Shown one piece after another: positions 53,001 through 64,000 of a stretch of DNA of 64,000 nt. The notes beneath the pieces are model-generated. The model was not told the DNA's origin. It saw only the letters and a program-made list of their open reading frames with translations, and did not search any database. Each line of letters begins with the position of its first letter. Position 1 is the first letter of the stretch. Source of the stretch: Puccinia triticina (lineage: Eukaryota); NCBI GenBank assembly GCA_026914245.1, contig CP110440.1, positions 2,976,001-3,040,000 on the forward strand, in the 5' to 3' direction. A program made the translations under genes and the position numbers.

Positions 53001-53419
53001 GCTTTGTTTATTAATTCCCATTTCCCAACTTGATAGATAGCTATTTAACTCAAGTAATAAGAACTATCAAAGGCTTGTATATCTTGAAAGTAAATCATAT
53101 GTTACATTCTTTTTTTACAATCTTTGTGCACATCAAAAAAATATAGGGCCAATACAAGGTGCATTACTTTGTCCTCCCAAAAATGTTTAAGGGCAGGCTT
53201 CATCTAGGGTCTTAAACATGACATACTGCCAAAATCATCTTTTTTGCAGGGAAGCATTTGACAGTCCCTGCAAAGAAGGTTTGATGTTTCCATGACATAT
53301 GCCCATATGTGGCAACTGAACCCTAATCCTCTCCAAAAATGTGGAATGTGTACTTTTTATAAACTCCTTAAGTGGAGTGATCAACTATAAAATCTGATAT
53401 ATTTAGACTTAACACTTCA

Positions 53420-53620
53420 ACAGTGCCTCCAGCACTATCAATAGTGCAGGATAACGGTGTCGGAGGAATTTTTGACAGTGCCAACAGTGCCAGAGGCACT
53501 ATTAACAGTGCCGGAGACACTATTAACAGTGCCGGAGACACTGTTAACAGTGCCGGAGACACTGTTAACAGTGCCGGAGACACTGTTAACAGTGCCGGAG
53601 ACACTGTTAACAGTACCGGA
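53420..53620. repeat. 21-bp minisatellite (CACTGTTAACAGTGCCGGAGA)
   Basis: About 7 tandem copies; same family as 41020-41140. Confidence 0.88.
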
Positions 53621-56032
53621 GGCATTGCCAGGCATTGCCAGGCATTTGCCAGGCATTGCCAGGCATTTGCCAAGCATTGCCAGGCATTTGCCAGGCATTT
53701 GCCAGTTATTGCCAGGCATTTGCCAGGCATTGCCAGGCATTTGCCAGGCATTGCCAGGCATTTACCAGGCATTGCCAGGTGCCAGAGGCATTGCCAGGCA
53801 CTTGCCAGAGGCATTGCCAGGCACTTGCCAGAGGCATTGCCAGGCACTTGCCAGAGGCATTGCCAGGCACTTGCCAGAGGCATTGCCAGGCACTTGCCAG
53901 AGGCATTGCCAGGCACTTGCCAGAGGCATTTGCCAGGCATTGCCAGCAGCAGTGGGCAGATACGTTACGTTACGTTACGGCAGTGAAATTGGATAACGTA
54001 ACATCTTTTTAGTTATCCAAATTGGCCATTTTGGTAACGTACAAAATTTGGGCAGTAAAGTATAGTAAAGTAACTTTTTTTTCAGCCTAATTTTTTTTAA
54101 GTTTTTGGTAACGTAACTTTTTTGATATGGGACTTTTTGTAAAGGGGGTTGAGATTTTTGCAATAAAGAGAGAATTGGTATCATGTCTTTAGCTTATTGG
54201 TTAAGGCGTGCCTCTCTGAGGTTAGTGATGTTCAGAGTTGTGGGTTCAACCCTCACTCTGAACAACTTTTCATCTGGCTTCCTGGCAGCATACTGAGTTT
54301 ATGTGGTTGTTTAGTGTCAAATTGCCAGGCATTTGCCAGGCATTTCCAGGCATTTGCCAGGCATTTGCCAGGCATTTGCCAGGCATTGCCAGGCATTGCC
54401 AGGCATTTGCCAGGCATTTGCCAGGCATTGCCAGGTATTTGCCAGGCATTTGCCAGGCATTGCCAGGCATTGCCAGGCATTTGCCAGGCATTTGCCAGGC
54501 ATTGCCAGGTATTTGCCAGGCATTTGCCAGGCATTGCCAGGCATTGCCAGGTATTCGCCAGGCATTCACCAGGCATTTGCCAGGCATTGCCAGGCATTCG
54601 CCAGGCATTTGCCAGGCATTGCCAGGTGTGAGCCTGAGTCTCTATAGTGACTGCAGGACACAAGAAGTAGGGGGGCAACAGTTGGATTTCTTGGGATAAA
54701 GAAAATACAACTATAAGAGAAAGAGAGAAAGAGAGAGGGAAACAGAGCAGGATCAGGATAAAGAGAAGTACTAGGTTATTCTAGTGGGAATGCACGTCCA
54801 CTGGCAATGATACTCTTCAGAAGAGTGCTGCTAATCTGTGCTAGAAAGAGCTACAGCTTCCTCTCAGGAGGGTATCTGGATTAGATAAGTTTAATCCAGC
54901 CACAATTTTACAGCTTCCTTCTGGATAGTCAAGGTTCCTAAAGGGAAACCTGAGGGACAGCCCTGTAACCTAGATTTGAGGCAAAGGCCAACTGATAATA
55001 AGGGACAGCCCTGTGATCAAGATTGAGGCAAAGGCCAGTAGATTTGGAGGGACAGCCCTGTGATCAAGAAGAAGATAAAACCCAACAGAACAAAGCAGAT
55101 CAAGCAAGACACAGAGTTGTACCTCTGAGATAAACAAAGTTCAGTGAAAGAGGTTACTTACTGTCAATATCCTAGGCGCCTGTGATGGTAGGTATACTGG
55201 GAGTATAGTAATCTCTTTGGTGGTGATCCTGGGGTTATCTGGGTGGTGGTTCTGGTGTGCTGGAGTCTGTAGATCCGCCTCAGGCAAGGGAGATCCTGAC
55301 TAAAAATATTTTTCACAGTTTTCTTATGTAATTTGCATATGTACATGTGGTTTGGAGCGCCTGGTAGCGCTGACATGTCACAACTGCGCATGCGCGCCAC
55401 AACTCAATAACTCAGGGAAGGAGTATAGTTACAAGGAATTGATGAGTTGTAACTAGGGTTAAAATTGCATGAGGAAACAGAATATGAAGTCAAAACAAGG
55501 TTATCTCTTAAGATAAAAAAGATATAAATTAATTCATATGTAAAAAGTAGAAATAGGCAGACTTTAGGTCAGCTGAGTTGAATCTAAGGCTGATACCAGG
55601 CATTCCCAGGCATTTGCCAGCCAGGAATGTGCCAGGAATTTTTCAGGCATTGCGAGGCATTTGCCAGGCATTGCCATGCATTTTCCAGGCATTGCCAGGC
55701 ATTTGCAGGCATTGCCAGGCATTTGCCAGGCATTGCCAGGCATTTGCCAGGCATTACCAGGCATTGCCAGGCATTGCCAGGCATTTGCCAGGCATTGCCA
55801 GGCATTTGCCAGGCTTTGCCAGGCATTTGCCAGTCATTGCCAGGCATTTGCCAGGCATTGCCAGGCATTGCCAGGCATTGCCAGGCATTGCCAGGCATTG
55901 CCAGGCATTGCCAGGCATTGCCAGGCATTGCCAGGCATTGCCAGGCATTGCCAGGCATTGCCAGGCATTGCCAGGCATTGCCAGGCATTGTCAGGCATTT
56001 GCCAGGCATTGCCAGGCATTGTCAGGCATTTG
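53621..56032. repeat. 10/11-bp GCATT(T)GCCAG satellite in three blocks (53621-53945, 54321-54626, 55596-56032)
   Basis: Directly visible tandem units. Confidence 0.95.
54627..55595. mobile_element. Solo LTR (969 bp) inserted in satellite
   Basis: TGTGAGCCT...AGGCTGATA termini, CCAGG on both flanks. Confidence 0.7.
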
Positions 56033-57336
56033 TGTTGAAATTACTCAGGTGAAAAGAATTGTGTGTTGTGGGATTTGAACCCACGACCTTCTACATTCAT
56101 GAGAGCTGCTCTTGTACCACTGAGCTAAACACACAGTTGGTCTTACTGGTGATTTTTGGATATTAGATCATATAGCTTGGCCACTCAAATGGGGCTTGAA
56201 GCATATATTCCAACACACCCCCTGGCTTCATGCACCATGAACAAACTATGAATATTGCATATGCATATCATGTATGTTTGTCATGCATCATTGATAATGA
56301 TTAATGCATAACAATTATGAAATTGAATATTGCATATGCATATGGAAGCATGAATATCAAGTATTCACAGGGTTTAGCCAACTTTCATTCAATTCACTGA
56401 GAGCATCCGTACTGATAATGTGTTGAAATTACTCAGGTGAAAAGAATTGTGTGTTGTGGGATTTGAACCCACGACCTTCTACATTCATGAGAGCTGCTCT
56501 TGTACCACTGAGCTAAACACACAGTTGGTCTTACTGGTGATTTTTGGATATTAGATCATATAGCTTGGCCACTCAAATGGGGCTTGAAGCATATATTCCA
56601 ACACACCCCCTGGCTTCATGCACCATGAACAAACTATGAATATTGCATATGCAAATCATGTATGTTTGTCATGCATCATTGATAATGATTAATGCATAAC
56701 AATTATGAAATTGAATATTGCATATGCATATGGAAGCATGAATATCAAGTATTCACAGGGTTTAGCCAACTTTCATTCAATTCACTGAGAGCATCCGTAC
56801 TGATAATGTGTTGAAATTACTCAGGTGAAAAGAATTGTGTGTTGTGGGATTTGAACCCACGACCTTCTACATTCATGAGAGCTGCTCTTGTACCACTGAG
56901 CTAAACACACAGTTGGTCTTACTGGTGATTTTTGGATATTAGATCATATAGCTTGGCCACTCAAATGGGGCTTGAAGCATATATTCCAACACACCCCCTG
57001 GCTTCATGCACCATGAACAAACTATGAATATTGCATATGCAAATCATGTATGTTTGTCATGCATCATTGATAATGATTAATGCATAACAATTATGAAATT
57101 GAATATTGCATATGCATATGGAAGCATGAATATCAAGTATTCACAGGGTTTAGCCAACTTTCATTCAATTCACTGAGAGCATCCGTACTGATAATGTGTT
57201 GAAATTACTCAGGTGAAAAGAATTGTGTGTTGTGGGATTTGAACCCACGACCTTCTACATTCATGAGAGCTGCTCTTGTACCACTGAGCTAAACACACAG
57301 TTGGTCTTACTGGTGATTTTTGGATATTAGATCATA
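56033..57336 (-). mobile_element. Tandem-array TRIM (183-bp LTR + 205-bp internal, 388-bp period) with tRNA-like sequence in each LTR
   Basis: LTRs start at 56033, 56421, 56809, 57197 (last truncated); TGTTG...CAACA termini; minus-strand PPT AGGGGGTG and PBS-like CATTATCAGTACG. Confidence 0.85.
56060..56134 (-). ncRNA. tRNA-like element (copies at 56448-56522, 56836-56910, 57224-57298)
   Basis: Acceptor GTGTGTT/AACACAC, D-stem GCTC/GAGC, T-arm GTGGG-TTCAAAT-CCCAC, A and B boxes; anticodon stem unpaired. Confidence 0.8.
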
Positions 57337-57444
57337 CCGTGCGAGTCCTCCTGAGTGATTTTGGAAAAGGGATTGGCTGCAGTGAGTGAGAAGTGATTTT
57401 GGAAAAGGGATCGGCTGCAGTGAGACTATGCTGCTAGGGTAAGT

Positions 57445-57969
57445 TCAATTGGAATGGACGCACCACCAAAAATCCAGTACTCCATTGCTGATGTGGGCTT
57501 GAGATCCGCCCATGGTGATGTGGAATGGTAATGCACCTGTTCCACCGTTTGAGGTCGGAACATCTGGGATAATTACAAAATCAGATAGCGTAATCCTTTG
57601 ACTGGACTGCGTCAAATATGAAAACTCAATAAAACCGGTAGCTTGAATATTGCTGATCCAACAGTCTTCTGCGCTGCCAATTCTGATAGGCAAAATAGTC
57701 GGTGTTCCAACCTTTAAGCTAGATCAATCAGGGACTTGGGTGAGCACCATAGTTTCCAGTCCGACCTGTTGAACTCGCGTTGGCGGTTGATAAGCAACAA
57801 TACTAGCAGTGCCGTCAGATAAGGAGACATTGACTGAGTTGGTCAAAGGAATTTCCCAGGTTATCCAGTTTCCACTAATCGCTGTAATTTCTTGCTCTTG
57901 GTTGCCTGAGGTCTTTGGAGTAAGCCATACTTGATGTTTTCCGTCTCGAACTAAGCCGCTCATATCCAT
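57445..57969 (-). pseudogene. Fragment of a pectin-lyase-fold-like protein
   Basis: MSGLVRDGKHQVWL..ITAISGN..PLTNS..RVQQVGLE..EDCWI pattern; internal TGA at 57724; both ends missing. Confidence 0.5.
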
Positions 57970-58721
57970 GTTTCAGGTTCGCCGACAAAGAGACAATTGA
58001 CGGCGCGCGAGGCCCCATGTGCCTTGGGAGCCGGCCGCGAGCGGGGCTTTGACGGGGGCTGGAAGCCGCTAGGCTTCAGCTGCGTACTCGGAGAGGATGC
58101 CAAAGAGACGGCGAGCAAGAGGCTGGCCAGGAATGCCGGGCGGGCTGATTCCAACGGTTTGAATTCTGACGCGCCCTCGGCCTTGGCCAGCGGCTGCAGG
58201 CGGGAATTGCCTGATGGGCGGGTCGGGCGAAGGGGCGACTTGTGGTAGCTCTTGAGACTGAGTGAGAGGCCAGAAGGGCCGGGCCTGGTGGTGGGGAGGA
58301 TCAATGAGCTCAGAGTGGTCCGGAAGGGCGAGTTGGAAGAAGAAGGTTTGGGGGCGACAGGGGACGAAGCATGATCAATGACGGTGTATTCGGATTGATT
58401 GAGATCAACATTGAAAGTATTGGATGGGATATTCAAGCTGGATTCAAGAAGAAGATCGGACGACACGTGAGCAGTCTCTCCCGGCCCAGCCTTTGTCTTC
58501 TCTTCAACGCAAGCACTTGAGGGGGAGGTATCAGCCTTGGCGGCAAAGCTTGCTCTTTTTGATAGTGAGGAGGGAGAGGCTTGGGCAGCAGTTTGCAACG
58601 CAGGGAGCGTCGTTGATCTCAGGCCAAGTCGCCCTTTGCAAAATTGTGTCATGTCAAAGCCGCTCATTAACTGGGAGAGATGATAATCATGGGGGGAGAT
58701 CTGTGTGGGGAGAAGAATGGA

Positions 58722-60400
58722 CTGACTGGCCTGTTGTGTATAAATCAATAGTATTTGGCCTCAAGAAGCTAAATACTCACAGTCAAAGCTTGAGCTTTGT
58801 GGCGTTGCTAAAGTGTTAAAAAAAATACAAACCATGCTGTGGGGTCAGCATTACAATTTATGGGTAGATGCTAAATGTTTAATAGGAATGATAAATAATC
58901 CCTCCTTACCCAAAACCCCAATGAATAGATGGATAAGTTTCATTCAATTGTTTTCTTACGATTTGGTTCAAGACCGGCAAAGGAATTTCTTGGTCCCAAT
59001 GGTTTGTCGCGGCGACTGCCGGACAAAGAAGCCAAGTATTTTAATGAAGATAAGGAATGGATTAGGCCGCATCCTGGTTTTGGCACAAAAGAAGCATTCT
59101 CAGTTCAGCTTCTGGGAACATCAGCTAAGTTGGGAGGGGAGGTTAAGAATTTACAAGAAGGATTCTGGAAAAATCTAGAGTATTATCTTACCACAATGAA
59201 TAAGGCGTTGGGTGTTAGCGCACAATAATTTAAACAGATTATTCAAAAATCTTTGTTCTTTTTTATGCCTAATAGCGTACTAAACAAGAAGAGTCAGCCA
59301 ATTTCTCAGGTTGTAGTTACGGTACCTTCCATTCAAAAGAGAATACTTGAAGAACTGCACAAAAGTTTGGGTCATCGCGGGACAGAAAAGACTTACCGTT
59401 GAGTAAAAATTAGATTCTGGTGGCCAAATCTAAAGAAAATGGTGAAAAAGTGGGTTCAGTCCTGCGAATCATGTCAAAAAAGAAGTAAAATGATGCCATC
59501 AGAAGACAAAAGACCTACTGGTGAATCAGTAATTTTTAGACAAGTTAGTTTAGATACTGTCCATATAAAAGCAGGAAAATGGAAGTATTTAGTAGTGGCA
59601 GGAGATGATTTTTCAGGTTGGATTGAGGCGGTTGGAATGGAAAAGATTCAAGCAAAGAAAATAGGGGGGTGGTTTCAGGAAAGTTGGGTTTATCAATATG
59701 GAGCGCCTGGAAAAGTTGTTGTGGATGGAGTATCTGAGTTTGGGGCTCAATTTCAGAACTCTCTTAAAGATCTAGGTATTAAGATCCAAGTTACTATGCC
59801 GTATTCCCCCAAAGCAAATGGAATGGTGGAACGCAGTCATCAAGCGTTGAAGGACACTTTGGTTAAGCTTTGTGGCTCAGAAGGAAAGAAATGGCGCTCT
59901 TTTATGCCTTTGGTTCTTTTTGCGGATCAAATTTCAACTAAGAGGTCAACAGGCTATTTGCCATTTGAATTAGTTTTTGGTCAACAAGCTATATTGCCTT
60001 TGGATTTAGAATTGGAAACATTTTTAGGGATAAACTGGAGTGACATTACAAATTCACAAGAATTGTTAGAAGCTAGGGTATTACAATTGTGCCGACGCAA
60101 TCAGATTTTACAAAAAGCACACACTCATTTGATTAAGACGCGGTAACAATTGGTTAACTACTTAAATGAGAAGAAAAAACCACAAGGCCCTTTGACGAAA
60201 GGAGAAATAGTATTAGTATATAATAAAAGTTTGGAGTCCCAGTGGGCTAAACTTTTTGAAAATAAATGGAACGGACCGTATTGGATTTGAGATCAGATGC
60301 CTGGCGGATCCTATGAATTGGAAGAAATGGACGGCACGGTATTAGCTAGGAAATACGCTGCTACTCATGTTAAAATATTCTATTCAAGAGATAAGGAAAA
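58722..60400 (+). pseudogene. Degenerate Gypsy RNase H-integrase fragment, relative of the element at 1-8910
   Basis: DTVHIKAGKWKYLVV, ANGMVER, PLDLELETFLG shared with ORF 2230-4137; stops and frameshifts. Confidence 0.9.
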
Positions 60401-60599
60401 ATCGGATCTACTTACAATATTAGGTTCCATAGTAGATAGGGTACCCATTAGCGTTTTGGGCCAGTAACTCATCCAATTTGTCTATTTCTTTGGCATCGGG
60501 ACTTTCTTCCTTAATATTATGGAAGAATACATGTATGTTGGTCTGAAAAGGAACAAAAGGAATATCAAAGTTAGCCGAATTCCATAACATCCAAGTATA

Positions 60600-63000
60600 T
60601 TAAAGCCAGTGAATCATGAAAAAAAAAATTCAAGGGTTCCCCCTACAAATTCCCAAAAAACAGGAAAAAAAAGTCAAGGGTTTCCCCACAAAATACAACA
60701 TCACAAAAGCACAATGAGAAAAAAATGCACAAATCCACAAGCCCACAACCTGCCACCCAACATCAGCAAGCTGATGTACTGTGGCCCACTGTCCATCCCT
60801 GTCTAGCAGGGTCAAAAAACAGTGAGAGGATGGCCCCCAGCGCGCCGCATTGAAGGCATTATGCAAAAGAGGGGCCAAAAAGTATTTTCCCCTCAAACTG
60901 AGCAAGTGCAACAGCGGAGGGGCTTGAACCAAACCACCCGCTGGAATTACAGCGGCTGGACTCGGCTGAGGGACAAGATACAAACCCACCCCCCCATTTA
61001 TAGACAACACTCGCCCTCGCTGCTTTCTGCCATGCCCACCCCTCCGGCTTATCAGAACAGTTGCCAACATAAAATTGTCATCCCAACCATTGTCTAGGTA
61101 TTTTATGCGCCCCTGCTGCGGCAAAATCACCTCAAGAACACCTTCTTTTCCCCAAAGCACCCAAGCCCAATCCCTCCTACAACCCTTTGTGTTGTCTTGC
61201 TTCAGCCAACCCCCAAAGCCCCTGGTTTGTGACCCTTGAATTGCTTAGTAATGAGCCTGGAAAAGCAGCATGGGTTTTCTATGTACATTGACACCATATG
61301 TCTGTTGAACAACAGCATCCATCCAGCGCCTTCATCTCCGCCGCCGTCTCCGCCCTCCAGACCGGTCCGTCTCTCCTTGCCTTCTCAAACACACCGGTCT
61401 TTTTGCTCTGAGTCCCTTTGGGGGAACTTGTGTGTAGCCAGGATCTCAGTAGTCACCTCCCACCCAGACTGCCAAAAAGCTGTGCTCGCTAACCCGACGG
61501 CTTCCAATTTGGTGCCCCTGCCCACCGGGCCGCCACTGAAGGCCTACACCTTCACCCTACCTGTAACCAGAATGCCCAGTCCAGGCTGCCTTTGCAAAAC
61601 CATGCCAACCTCCCCTTGCCAAGGCAACGGCTCCACCCTCACCCTTGAACGCCTCACATTCAACTATGTAAGGTTTTGCATTAGTGAAGCCAAGTCAATA
61701 CCAATGGATGCTGACAACCCGCATAATCTTCTGTTTAAACCTTAACAGCTGCGTAAGACCTCTCCCGGCGTGTTGGAAGACCTCCCCCGCATCAATCCTC
61801 ACAATTCTGATAGTCGCCATCTCCAGGCCCAACGTCAACCTTTGCTTTGGCCGCTCACCGCACGGCCTCAACCCCACCCAGACTCAGATTGGAGTTGGCA
61901 AAAACACCACAAACACAAGCTCCGCCACTACTTAAACACACTTGCCCAACACTCCCTCTCCTCCAATTGTCAAGAATTGTTTCAGACCGGCGGCGGCGGC
62001 GGGAAATTGATGTCGAATATCATGAGGGAAGCTACCAAGATCGTCCAGGACGACTTACAGCGCAAGCGCAATCTTATCATTTGTTTACCTCAAGAATCCA
62101 AGATTGAACGGCCATACATCCGTCGCCGTCCCCGCTACGTCGTTGGCCACCCCAGCCAAGCACCCAGAGCCAAAGGAGAGCAAGAGTTCATCAGTCCATG
62201 TCGGCGTCCATCCAGCACGTGATGTTGGACCAGATCATGTACACCGACGCCCCGGAGGCGGCCAGCTCTCCTCAGCCCACGAGATGTGGGTCGTTTCATC
62301 GCCCCCAGCGCTGCTGCAGGAAATTCCACTGAGCCCGACTCTCAACAAGTTTTCAAGCATCCGGACCCGCAAGGCGTTAGAGGAGGAGCTCGGGCTGAGC
62401 GCAGGGGACGCCAAGGCCGTGAAGCGGCGCACCAGCACTTCAAAGACAACAGCGGCAACGCAGTCCTGCACAAACTGGCCTACCCATGCGCAGCCTCTCT
62501 GTCTAACCGCCCCCCAAACCCCCTTGCCCAACGGCTCACCGGCCCTATCCGCTCTCGTTGTCCCTGCAAACCTCGCCCACAGTCCCACCATCATCCATTT
62601 CCCCGCCCCCTCCTCTGTTCATCCCACGTCGCGCCCAGGCAAAGGCAACCCTTCCCCACATTGCAAGCGGCACAATGTGAATGTTGAAAACCCTCACATC
62701 ATGCACGTGCTTGGATGGAAATGTGCATGTATATTCATGGTCCGCTACCGCAGGGCCGCGGGAACCAGCCATCCCAACCAGGTCTCTACAATGAAAAGCA
62801 TCAAGAGGAAACATGTCCTCTCCCACAAAGAGCTCCAGCATAAACTCCCTGAACAGAGCATCTTCCAAAGGGTGGCTGATGAGCCTGAAAGTCATCCACT
62901 TATTCTCCCAAGGTAGACTTGTTAATGTTAGTTATTTATACTATCCAGCCCAATCCAAATGTGTTAATATCAATTTCAAACTTTAATTGATTTTTCCTCA
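60600..63000 (+). other. Degenerate TE-derived region; 5' part is similar to 23500-23720 (minus)
   Basis: Shared cccact..ccatccc..ctagc.ggg..aaaaa..agtga..gatg.cccccagcgcgccgca block; fragmented ORFs. Confidence 0.35.
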
Positions 63001-64000
63001 GGAAAAGAATTTATAAAATTGCCAAGAAATTATGATTATCTCAAGGTGAGATTTAGATACCGTTCCTCAAGTAAGCATATGCATGCTGTGATCCAAGTTG
63101 GGGTTTTCATTAGATAGGTTTGATTGTTCACATGATGTGGGTTTAGGTTTGGCTAGACCCTGCCATCATTTACTTGTGTACATGGTGATCATTTAGGGTT
63201 CTCTAAGTTGAAAACATACAAAATTGAAGCCTCAGGAGTGCAAGTTCACTGCTGAAAAACTGTTATGGACCAGTTTGGAGGGGGCAGGGGAATGGTAGTA
63301 GATCACATTACACAGGATTCCATATCAACTTTTTGACATTTAGTCCAAGAGTGTATTATGTCAGGATTTTATGTGACCCAACCTTGAGAAATTATACACT
63401 CAGTTTAGCTAAGCACTGAGGCATTTTGTTTCAAATTTTTGCTCAGGCCCAGTCTGGTAGCAATGAAATTAAGGAAATTCATGATTCTTTTTTGCCTGAC
63501 ATCCATCCATCTGACATCTGATCAGCTCTTCTAAGGCCCCATTTGGACATACTGTTATATGTCATAATTGGGGCAAATTTATAATGTGCAAACCAAAATT
63601 CAAATTCCTGAAACCCCCAGGAGTCACACATCATAAATTCACACATTTATGGCATATAATGTGGCATCCAAACAGGGCCTAAAACTTCATCAGATTTCAT
63701 GTTCATGTGAATTACAAGAATCCACAGTATACTGCTGCCAAATAGAGCCTAAATTATTCTTTGAGATATTAAATTGGTTGTATTTTTTCTCTGGAAAAAG
63801 ACATGGACTAGGTAAACCTATCCACCTAGGTTGTAAGCTGTAACTTGTATTGGCTTGTAGGTTATATGTCTGCCAATGGAAGTACGGCGGCACAGCCGCC
63901 TTGATCTCTAGTAAGTAGATAAACAAGAAAGAACAGACCATAGCAAAGGCATTGCAAACCTTGCAATATAAATTGTTTTGATTCATTTGCTCGGTTTGGT

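Noticed and set aside
53368..56078. Many long ORFs with LPGIARHCQA/MPGNAWQ repeats
   Set aside because: Translations of a stop-free satellite open in several frames on both strands
56060..57298. Cluster of four functional tRNA genes
   Set aside because: The anticodon stem does not pair and the copies sit inside LTRs

Overview
Eukaryotic, transposon-dense DNA, most likely from a rust fungus (Pucciniales). This is inferred from the TE repertoire, the short GT-AG introns and TpCpG-biased decay. Only one apparently intact host-type gene is present, a 4-exon coiled-coil/transmembrane protein at 27223-28429. The rest is nested mobile DNA. It includes a near full-length Ty3/Gypsy element (1-8910, minus) with a -1 frameshift signal downstream of the protease and two extra ORFs in its 3' region, one of them a stand-alone RRM protein. 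Also present are a Copia element with 99-bp LTRs, a Mutator element with an OTU domain, a CACTA transposase, five solo LTRs with TSDs, several MITE/hAT elements and minisatellites. A tandem array of a TRIM whose LTRs carry a tRNA-like Pol III cassette lies at 56033-57336. Intron-retaining fragments of conserved genes (UTP4, cullin-1, and a Ras-like-domain/ZPR1 chimera) are scattered among the repeats. All product calls come from motif recognition by eye, not database searches.
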